Part shown: piece by piece, positions 9,440 to 16,618 of the stretch
How the letters are laid out: every line of letters begins with the position of its first letter
Numbering within the stretch: position 1 is the stretch's first letter
Assembly: GCA_046093685.1 (NCBI GenBank)
Contig: JBJTFZ010000167.1
Span: forward strand, 1-39,587
Direction of reading: 5' to 3'
Source of the DNA: a bacterium
GTDB lineage: Bacteria > Bacteroidota > Ignavibacteria > Kapaibacteriales > UBA961
DNA length: 39,587 nt
Position numbers and translations under genes: made by a program
The notes under the pieces: generated by a model
Databases searched by the model: none
The model's input: the letters and a program-made list of their open reading frames with translations, nothing else
What the model was told of the DNA's origin: nothing

Positions 9440-10648
9440 ATGTCAAAGTGGAACGAAAATTGCACACTCCGAGGCATGAATATTGATCAATGGTTAGCCG
9501 TACCCGATGCCCCAATCAAAAGCTATTGGGAGCATACTGCATTCAACGAGGTTGACATATGCATCGTTGGTGCGGGTATCATCGGACTTTCTTCAGCTCT
9601 GGAGTGTAGAAAGCAATTTCCTGATGCATCGATTCTGATACTTGAGCAGGCACCTCATGGACATGGTGCAACAACCCGTAATGCAGGATTTGCTTGTTTC
9701 GGAAGCGCCACCGAATTATTGCATGACATTGATACTTTTGGCGAAGTGAATGCATTGGAGATTGCGCGCGAGCGATTCAAAGGATTGACCGCATTGTTGA
9801 AACGATGCACCCCATCAGCATTGCATTATGAGCATCTTGGTGGCGGCGAACTCATTCGTGAGCATGAAATGGATGTATTGGAGCGCATGGATGAAGTGAA
9901 TGCCTTTGCTGAAAAAATCACGGGTGACCCAGAAACATTCAGAGTGATGTCCTCACAGGAACAGCAAGCATTTGAATTTTCTGATGCTGTTCATGCCGTG
10001 ATCATGAATGCACATGAAGGACAATTGCATAGTGGGCATTTGCATGCAACATTGGAGATACTTGCGGGAGAAGCCGGCATCAGAATAGAACATGGAAGCG
10101 AAGTTGTTTCAGTGAATGATATTGATGATCATGGCTCCTTGCATGTTAAAACACAATTCGGCGAATATGCATTGAAGTCTAAAAGAATCATTCTGTGTAC
10201 AAATGCCATGTTATCCAGATTGGCTCCTATACTTGATATAAAGCCCGGACGCGGGCAAGTGATCGTGACTTCTTCCATACATGAACTTCCTTTTCAAGGT
10301 GCATTCCACATTGATGAAGGATATTATTATTTCCGATCACTTGGAGACAGAGTCTTGCTGGGAGGTGGAAGAAATTTGGATAAAACAGGCGAAGAAACAT
10401 TCGAATTCGGTCATTCAGCAATCATCATGAATGCGCTTGAGACAATGCTCCGCGAAGTTATTCTGCCAAACAGGAATTTTACCATCGATTATGCATGGTC
10501 CGGCTTGATGGGATTCACTCCGGACAAAAAACCAAGAGTGAAGAAATTGTCAAAACATGTGTACTGTGCTTTTGGCTGCAATGGAATGGGCATCGCTCTG
10601 GCTTCTCGTATTGCGGAACAGATTGCATCTTTACTGAGTGATTCATGA
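9440..10648 (+). CDS. FAD-dependent oxidoreductase (DAO family)
   Basis: N-terminal Rossmann dinucleotide motif ICIVGAGIIGLSSALE. About 400 aa, with a DAO-like C-terminus (GFGCNGMGIA). Substrate unknown. An alternative start at M13 (9476) is possible. Confidence 0.8.
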   Translation: MSKWNENCTLRGMNIDQWLAVPDAPIKSYWEHTAFNEVDICIVGAGIIGLSSALECRKQFPDASILILEQAPHGHGATTRNAGFACFGSATELLHDIDTFGEVNALEIARERFKGLTALLKRCTPSALHYEHLGGGELIREHEMDVLERMDEVNAFAEKITGDPETFRVMSSQEQQAFEFSDAVHAVIMNAHEGQLHSGHLHATLEILAGEAGIRIEHGSEVVSVNDIDDHGSLHVKTQFGEYALKSKRIILCTNAMLSRLAPILDIKPGRGQVIVTSSIHELPFQGAFHIDEGYYYFRSLGDRVLLGGGRNLDKTGEETFEFGHSAIIMNALETMLREVILPNRNFTIDYAWSGLMGFTPDKKPRVKKLSKHVYCAFGCNGMGIALASRIAEQIASLLSDS

Positions 10649-11580
10649 TGCAGTCAGTATTCTTTGCATATGTTTTTTTGATTTCGCTCGGAGTACTTTG
10701 GAAATTCATACCGAATCTTCCATCTCCTGCCACGATGCGAAATTCCATAAGTGCATTGGTGATTCACATCTTATTGCCACTGCTCACCATCTCGGTGATT
10801 GCTCGTGCTCCACTTGATCATGCCTTGTGGCAGATTCCCATGACGGGCGCATTCGTCACAATTGGGTGCTTGTTCATCGCATGGCTTGTATACAAGCTCA
10901 TGCAAAAGACGCTTTTCTCCAATATGGAGGATGGTACACTTGGAAGCATCATCATCGGGTCTGCTTGGTGTAATGCGACATATCTCGGTTTGCCTATTAT
11001 TACGGGCACATTTGGAGAGACTATGGCGTTTTTACCGGTGATATATGATGTTCTTGCCTTAACACCATTGCTTTGGACCCTTGGAGTACTGATTGCAGGA
11101 TATGCTCGTGGTGATTCGGAATCTCATTCCATGCGATTGAAGAATGCGCTAAAAAAAATTCTTTCGCTTCCACCAATCTATGCGGTGATATTCGGATTGA
11201 CAATGAAGTTTCTTCACATTGAATTGCCGGATTTTCTTTTGCAAGTTTCCGATATAGCCGGAAAGGCTGTTCCACCAATCATGATGATATCGGTGGGAAT
11301 GGCATTATCATTACCGAAAGTGAATACTTTCTTGATATTGATTCCGGCAATCATGATTCGATTGATGATTGCTCCGGCATTGGCATTTGCATGTACATTC
11401 ATCTTTAAAGTAGAACCATTGATAGGAAAAGCATTGATCATGGAATCCGGGATGCCTACAATGATATTGACAATGGCATTGATTGAGATGTATCAATTGG
11501 ATTCCGAAATACTTTCACATTTGATTGCCCTTACCACCATTGGTTCATTCATCACTTTGCAATTTCACTTGATCTCATGA
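10645..11580 (+). CDS. AEC (auxin efflux carrier) family transporter
   Basis: 311-aa polytopic membrane protein with about 10 hydrophobic segments and an AEC-like two-half organisation. Its ATG overlaps the upstream stop as ATGA (10645-10648). Confidence 0.8.
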   Translation: MMQSVFFAYVFLISLGVLWKFIPNLPSPATMRNSISALVIHILLPLLTISVIARAPLDHALWQIPMTGAFVTIGCLFIAWLVYKLMQKTLFSNMEDGTLGSIIIGSAWCNATYLGLPIITGTFGETMAFLPVIYDVLALTPLLWTLGVLIAGYARGDSESHSMRLKNALKKILSLPPIYAVIFGLTMKFLHIELPDFLLQVSDIAGKAVPPIMMISVGMALSLPKVNTFLILIPAIMIRLMIAPALAFACTFIFKVEPLIGKALIMESGMPTMILTMALIEMYQLDSEILSHLIALTTIGSFITLQFHLIS

Positions 11581-13208
11581 AAAAATTCTTGCTTATATGT
11601 TGTGCAATCTTGTCCATCACCGCAGGTGCGATTGCATTCAAGTTTTCCGATCAGGATTTGTTCTTGAAGATCACGAATGCCTTGGATCTTTTCGGTTCGG
11701 TGTTCCGTGAAGTCACATTACATTATGTGGATCCCGTGGATCCCATGAGTTTCGTGAATGATGGTACAAAAGCAATGTTGTCATCTTTGGATCCATATTC
11801 TGAGATACTTGATGATAGCGGAGAAGATGACATGGAGTTATTGTCTTCAAATACCTATACAGGTTTTGGGATGATCATCGGCGTGATTGATGATGAATTG
11901 ACCATCATGGATATCTATCCCGGCTACTCGGCGGAAAAGAATGGATTGAAACCGGGGGATCGAATCTGCTATGTGGATTCAACATTCGTATTGCATGATA
12001 CAACAAACATCATCCGATCATACAGTCGTGGTGCGGTTGGTGGGAAAGTCAGAGTGTCCGTGCTCAGACCCGGAAAATCAGACACCATCCATGTGACACT
12101 CACTCGTGAAACGATTCGCGTGCGTTCTCTTGGTGTGACCGGAATGGTGAATGATAGCGTGGGATATCTCAAAATCGAGAGATTTTCTTCGGGAACAAAA
12201 GATGAAGTGAAGCGCGTGCTTGCTCAATTTCGTCGGGAGAATCCAAAGTTTTCCGGTTTGATGATTGATCTTCGCGGAAATCCCGGTGGTTTATTGGAAT
12301 CTGCTGTTGATGTTTGTGATTTATTCGTTCCAATGAAATCCACAATCGTGATGACCAAAGGACGAAACACAGAAGAGGAAAGAGTATATGTATCTCAATA
12401 TCAACCCCAAGAACCCGATATTCCTCTTGCAATTCTGATTGATGGTGAAAGTGCCAGTGCAAGTGAAGTGGTTGCCGGTGCAATACAAGATCTTGACCGA
12501 GGAATCATCCTTGGTTCGCGTTCATTTGGTAAGGGCCTTGTGCAAACTGTTATGTCATTGCCCGGAAACAAATCGCTGAAACTCACCACTGCCAGATATT
12601 ATACACCTTCAGGCCGATGTATCCAAAGATTGCCCACATACACGGAGGACATTGCCGTGGAGGGTAAGGAAGTACTTTTCAAAACCTCAAATGGCCGACC
12701 CGTAACATCTCGTCATGGAATCGACCCTGATACAAGCTTTGAAGCTGAAAAGCCACTTAGACTATTGGAATTATTGGAAGAAGAGCAATTACTGTTCAGA
12801 TTTGTCAGTGAATACTGTGCAAATATCGACACACTGTCCAAAGACTGGAAAGCAGGCGACAAGGATTTCAAAAAACTGCAACAATGGCTCGCCAAACAAC
12901 AAGACTTGCCATTACCCGAACCATATTCCCTTTTGGATAAATCCGATAGTATTGCCCAAAAAAATGGATATACTCTCGGATATGCAAAGCAATTGAAAGA
13001 GATAAGAAATGCTTCCAAAAAGGATATGCTGAAGGGTTTGAACGCCATAAAATTGCAGTTATTGAGAAAACTTACCCTATCTGTGCAAACTCGGTATCGC
13101 AGTCATAAGGAATTGATACCATTACTTTTGCAAAATGACAATTTGATACAAAAAACAGCCATATTACTCTTGAATAAGAACTATGGAACATTATTGTCTC
13201 CCCGCTGA
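11577..13208 (+). CDS. S41 family C-terminal processing peptidase (PDZ-containing)
   Basis: N-terminal anchor or signal segment and a PDZ-like segment (GYSAEKNGLKPGDRI). S41 signature blocks DLRGNPGGLL, GESASASEVV (Ser nucleophile context) and SFGKGLVQ (Lys context). ATGA overlap with the upstream gene (11577-11580). Confidence 0.9.
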   Translation: MKKFLLICCAILSITAGAIAFKFSDQDLFLKITNALDLFGSVFREVTLHYVDPVDPMSFVNDGTKAMLSSLDPYSEILDDSGEDDMELLSSNTYTGFGMIIGVIDDELTIMDIYPGYSAEKNGLKPGDRICYVDSTFVLHDTTNIIRSYSRGAVGGKVRVSVLRPGKSDTIHVTLTRETIRVRSLGVTGMVNDSVGYLKIERFSSGTKDEVKRVLAQFRRENPKFSGLMIDLRGNPGGLLESAVDVCDLFVPMKSTIVMTKGRNTEEERVYVSQYQPQEPDIPLAILIDGESASASEVVAGAIQDLDRGIILGSRSFGKGLVQTVMSLPGNKSLKLTTARYYTPSGRCIQRLPTYTEDIAVEGKEVLFKTSNGRPVTSRHGIDPDTSFEAEKPLRLLELLEEEQLLFRFVSEYCANIDTLSKDWKAGDKDFKKLQQWLAKQQDLPLPEPYSLLDKSDSIAQKNGYTLGYAKQLKEIRNASKKDMLKGLNAIKLQLLRKLTLSVQTRYRSHKELIPLLLQNDNLIQKTAILLLNKNYGTLLSPR

Positions 13209-13315
13209 AATGGTTGTTTGATTCATGTTTTGCAAAAAAGTTTTGCACACATTTCATAGTTTGGCAAGACGATTGCTTAAATGAGCGATATAGACACTCT
13301 AATCAGGTATGCATA

Positions 13316-14803
13316 ATGAAAACTTGGATGTACTTTTTCTCTTTATTACTTGTCGGCATGGGGTATTGCAGTGAATTGCGTGGACAATTCACTCCCGATA
13401 GGTTTACGAATAGACCCCTCACTTTGATGAATGATGCAACCAGTGTTGGTTGGAATCCTGCATTGCTCGGCATGACAGGTGAGACGGATGCTGTTTTGGT
13501 GATTCCATATGACAGAACTTGGCAATCAACCAGACTCGTCGGAGGATTTTTCTCTTCTCAAGGGGTTGGACTTGGATATACTTCCATGAGAAATGAACAT
13601 CTGCCTGAATTCAGTTTCGTGCCTTGGAGTTTTTATGGTGGTTTGGGTGTGAAAGTGCCCGGCTACAATGTATGGACAGGCGCATCTTTCCGATATTCTG
13701 AATTTGGCGGAAGAACACTTCGATATAGTGGATCTGTTATCTACAATCCTTATGACAGATTATATCTATCTGCAGGGATTTCCAATCTGAATTCGGTGAA
13801 CACAAGAGACATCGTTTATCAATTGTCAACAACATATACTCCTTGGGATTGGCTCTCAATGTATGGCAGATTGCAATATTGTTCGGAAGCACCAATCTAT
13901 TTTGAAGAAAAATATTCATCCGAGTTCGGCATCAGTGCCGCCATCAATCGCAGAAGAATCATAGCCTCATTTTCCGCAAATCCTGTTGCACGCGAAGCTC
14001 GCTTTGGATTGGAATTCATATTTGACGTGTTCTCATTTGGTTCTTTGAATGATGCATCAACTTTGAATAGCGAGAGTAGAAGATTCAATGGTGGAAATAT
14101 CTTGCTCAGAGTGAATCATGATAATTTTTATGCATATGATCATTACAGATATCCGAAACAGATTTGCAAAACACAGCGTTGCAAAACTCGTGGATGCGAA
14201 GGTGAGCGATGCGGAGATGCACTTTGTCCTGCATATCGATGTGTGAATGTGGATTGCTCCGGCAAACCATGCACTCGCAGATCATGCAAAGGCTTGGTTT
14301 GTCCTTATGTTCGCAAGGGAAGCGGTCATATTCAATCTCCAGTGGAATTTGATCAAAGATCAGGGAAAGCCCATGGAAATTGTTCTCATTGTCAACATGG
14401 AAATACCGGAACTGGTCATACAGGAAATGTAGATGGTGAACATTCCATGAACTATGAAGATACATCACATGCTGAAGTGTATGTCGGTGGTGACCATAAG
14501 CATAATGTAGGATGTCCTCATTGTGGTTGCGTCTTGCCGGGCCATGAAAGAGCTACACCAATCAATAATGGTTCAACAGGAATTCAGCAGAATGCCGGGC
14601 CGGAAAATGGTAAAGGACCGGGTGAGAATACACAAACCAAGCAAAAGGGTGAAAAAATAAAAGAAAATACAATTGAAGAACCGGAAGAAAGTATAGAAAT
14701 TGAAGAAATAGATGGAACTGATGAAGAAGAAGCCGATTCAACTGAAACCGAGGAAGATTCTTTTGGTGAAGAAGATGAATCAGAAGATGAGCCGATACTT
14801 TGA
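13316..14803 (+). CDS. P1: secreted barrel-like-module protein with Cys ladder, His/CxxC-rich tract and polyacidic tail (uncharacterised)
   Basis: ATG 13316 gives a signal peptide (MKTWMYFFSLLLVGMGYC). A ~250-aa module is shared with the next two genes (FTNRPLTLMNDATSVGWNPALLG ... RFNGGNILLRV). It is followed by (C-X4)9-C at 14165-14302, a His-rich segment with CSHC and CPHCGC, and a D/E-rich C-terminus. It has no OmpA_C domain. Confidence 0.8.
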   Translation: MKTWMYFFSLLLVGMGYCSELRGQFTPDRFTNRPLTLMNDATSVGWNPALLGMTGETDAVLVIPYDRTWQSTRLVGGFFSSQGVGLGYTSMRNEHLPEFSFVPWSFYGGLGVKVPGYNVWTGASFRYSEFGGRTLRYSGSVIYNPYDRLYLSAGISNLNSVNTRDIVYQLSTTYTPWDWLSMYGRLQYCSEAPIYFEEKYSSEFGISAAINRRRIIASFSANPVAREARFGLEFIFDVFSFGSLNDASTLNSESRRFNGGNILLRVNHDNFYAYDHYRYPKQICKTQRCKTRGCEGERCGDALCPAYRCVNVDCSGKPCTRRSCKGLVCPYVRKGSGHIQSPVEFDQRSGKAHGNCSHCQHGNTGTGHTGNVDGEHSMNYEDTSHAEVYVGGDHKHNVGCPHCGCVLPGHERATPINNGSTGIQQNAGPENGKGPGENTQTKQKGEKIKENTIEEPEESIEIEEIDGTDEEEADSTETEEDSFGEEDESEDEPIL

Positions 14804-14850
14804 AGTCATTTCATCCATGATGAAAGATTGTTTTATCAGATAATTTCGCC

Positions 14851-14878
14851 GAGGCTTTCTACAAAATGTAAAGGCCTC
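14851..14878 (+). terminator. Imperfect hairpin after P1 (possible weak terminator)
   Basis: gaggcttt...aaaggcctc inverted repeat with one bulge, 48 nt after the P1 stop, followed only by tt. Weak. Confidence 0.25.
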
Positions 14879-15004
14879 TTCAATGAGTTGTGTTATGTCC
14901 GCTTATAAAGGGGATGTTTTCATAAGATTTATTCTACAAAATCTTTGTTGGTTTATTTTATTACGATATCATTGAATGTACAGTAGCGATTTTAAGGTCA
15001 ATAC

Positions 15005-16570
15005 ATGAGAAAATGTATACTGATTCTTTTTTGTGTATGTGGTTTTGCGAATAATGTATTTGCTCAATCATTATTTACTCCTGAACGCTTTACGAATCGT
15101 CCATTGACATTGTTCAATGATGCTACTTCGGTTGGTTGGAATCCCGCATTATTGGGACTGACCCCAAATTCAGATCTGGTTCTTGTTCTTCCATATACAC
15201 GCAACTTTGACTATAATGGACAGGTCGGAGGGTTTTACTCTCAAGATGGGATCGGATTGGGAATCACCTCGCAAAAAAATACTCAATTGCCCTCCAATCC
15301 CTATACCCCTTTTAGTTTCTATGGTGGATATGGATTCCCCATCATCGAAAACAATACATGGCTCGGTGCCTCTTTGCGCTATTCCGACTTTGGAACGAGC
15401 GTCATTCGATTCAATGGATCCTTGATTCATAAACCAATTGATGATCTTCTCATATCTGCAGGGATGACAAATTTTAATTCTGTGAATTCCGCAGATTTGT
15501 TGTACGGTTTTTCATTGGTCTATTCAGTGTTTGATTGGCTTTCCGTATTGGGAAAACTACAATTCACTTCTGATTCCACTTTGTTTGGCGGAGAGCATCA
15601 TTCCATGGAATTCGGTCTCTGCGCCGGAGCCCGTAATAATGCTTTCATAACTTCATTCATGGTCAATCCGGTATTGAGAGAGGCGCGATTGGGAATTGAA
15701 TTCACTATTGGTGCAATTTCACTCGGATTCCTCAATGATGCTTCAACCGTAAATAATTCATCCGGAAGATTCAATGGTGGAAATTTGTTGCTACGCTTTC
15801 AGCCCGATGGTGCTGAACCGGAAAATGATGAATTACCTGAGTTGATTGAAGAAATTCATGTTCATCACATAATAGACACGGTGCAAATCATCCATACCGA
15901 TACCGTGGACAGGTATCATGATTGCGGTATATGTAACCATGACTGTGTTCATGTGATCTGTATATTTTGTCATGGAATCACATGCATCCATTGCACTGCA
16001 TGTCCAAAATGTCCTGATTGTAAACCGGGAACCGTTCCTGTCGCACCACCTGTCGCACCACCTGTGACACCACCAGTGACGCCGCCTGTGACGCCGCCTG
16101 TGACGCCGCCTGTGACACCACCTGTGACACCACCTGTGACGCCGCCTGTAACACCACCTGTGACGCCGCCTGTAACACCACCTGTGACGCCGCCTGTAAC
16201 ACCACCTGTGACGCCGCCTGTAACACCCCCAACATTCATCATTGAGGGATGTGAATATCCATATAATGAATGTCAACCCTATGATGATTGTCCGCCAAAG
16301 GTTGATGAAATCATTAAGTTCTTGATGAACTTTCCGGATACATGCATTACCATCATTGCACATACTGACAGTATAGGAAAAGATGAAGATAATCTTAGAC
16401 TTTCTGAGTGTAGAGCAGAATCAATCAAGGAGATATTGATTGATGCAGGAATTGAAGAGTGGCGTATAAGCACTGTAGGGCGGGGTGAGTGGTATCCACT
16501 TACTTCGAATTCCACACCTGAGGGCAGAAGAAGAAATCGCAGAGTGGAGTATATGTTTGGTCCATGTTGA
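15005..16570 (+). CDS. P2: OmpA-family protein with N-terminal barrel-like module, Cys/His cluster and (V-[AT]-P-P)16 hinge
   Basis: Signal peptide MRKCILILFCVCGFANNVFA. The N-module is about half identical by eye to P1. A 10-Cys cluster lies at 15923-16021 and the proline-rich tandem repeat at 16040-16231. The C-terminal OmpA_C-like peptidoglycan-binding motif set is present (IIAHTDSIG..NL.LSE.RAESIK..L...G......GRGE..P......EGRRRNRRVE). Confidence 0.85.
   Translation: MRKCILILFCVCGFANNVFAQSLFTPERFTNRPLTLFNDATSVGWNPALLGLTPNSDLVLVLPYTRNFDYNGQVGGFYSQDGIGLGITSQKNTQLPSNPYTPFSFYGGYGFPIIENNTWLGASLRYSDFGTSVIRFNGSLIHKPIDDLLISAGMTNFNSVNSADLLYGFSLVYSVFDWLSVLGKLQFTSDSTLFGGEHHSMEFGLCAGARNNAFITSFMVNPVLREARLGIEFTIGAISLGFLNDASTVNNSSGRFNGGNLLLRFQPDGAEPENDELPELIEEIHVHHIIDTVQIIHTDTVDRYHDCGICNHDCVHVICIFCHGITCIHCTACPKCPDCKPGTVPVAPPVAPPVTPPVTPPVTPPVTPPVTPPVTPPVTPPVTPPVTPPVTPPVTPPVTPPVTPPVTPPTFIIEGCEYPYNECQPYDDCPPKVDEIIKFLMNFPDTCITIIAHTDSIGKDEDNLRLSECRAESIKEILIDAGIEEWRISTVGRGEWYPLTSNSTPEGRRRNRRVEYMFGPC
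16040..16231 (+). repeat. In-frame tandem repeat of 16 x 12 bp encoding V-[AT]-P-P; the last 8 units form 4 x 24 bp
   Basis: Read directly from the sequence: 2 x gtcgcaccacct, gtgacaccacca, 3 x gtgacgccgcct, 2 x gtgacaccacct, then (gtgacgccgcct gtaacaccacct) x 4, the last copy ending ccccca. There are no spacers, so it is not a CRISPR array. Confidence 0.97.
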
Positions 16571-16581
16571 TGGTTCTTGTG

Positions 16582-16589
16582 TAAGTTTG
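16582..16589 (+). promoter_or_regulatory. TAAGTTTG, an exact match to the Bacteroidetes-type -7 promoter consensus TAnnTTTG, upstream of P3
   Basis: The octamer lies 30 nt upstream of the P3 ATG (16619) in the 48-nt P2-P3 gap. It is only meaningful if the host uses Bacteroidetes-like sigma-A promoters, and a chance match is quite possible. Confidence 0.2.
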
Positions 16590-16618
16590 CACATATCCGT
16601 ACACAAACTATATGCCGT

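Noticed and set aside
13229-13256. Direct repeat gttttgca twice (13 nt apart) upstream of P1 as an operator.
   Set aside because: It is only 8 bp long in an AT/T-rich leader, which is easily chance. There is no symmetric partner or recurrence upstream of P2 or P3.
13214-13315. Long N-terminal extensions of the track ORFs for P1 (from 13214) and P3 (from 16577).
   Set aside because: The internal ATGs at 13316 and 16619 give canonical signal peptides that align with the P2 N-terminus. The extensions are Cys-rich or basic, are not conserved between the paralogs, and would bury the signal peptide.
13316-14803. P1 as a decayed pseudogene copy of P2 that lost its OmpA_C domain.
   Set aside because: The ORF is uninterrupted for 495 codons. 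The N-module shows conservative substitutions rather than frameshifts, and the unique C-terminal part has strongly non-random structure (exact Cys periodicity, CxxC motifs). An intact gene is more likely, though expression is unproven.
16040-16231. Possible CRISPR array or other non-coding repeat.
   Set aside because: The units are 12 bp and directly abutting, with no spacers. They are in frame within P2 and encode a coherent V-[AT]-P-P hinge.
15833-16363. Minus-strand ORFs through the repeat (15833-16363, 15970-16242, 15978-16235) encoding CYRRRHRW-, GGVT- and QAASQVV-type low-complexity proteins.
   Set aside because: These are antisense read-through of the 12-bp tandem repeat. Any frame of such a repeat is open. 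They sit entirely inside a well-supported plus-strand CDS that has conserved domains on both sides.
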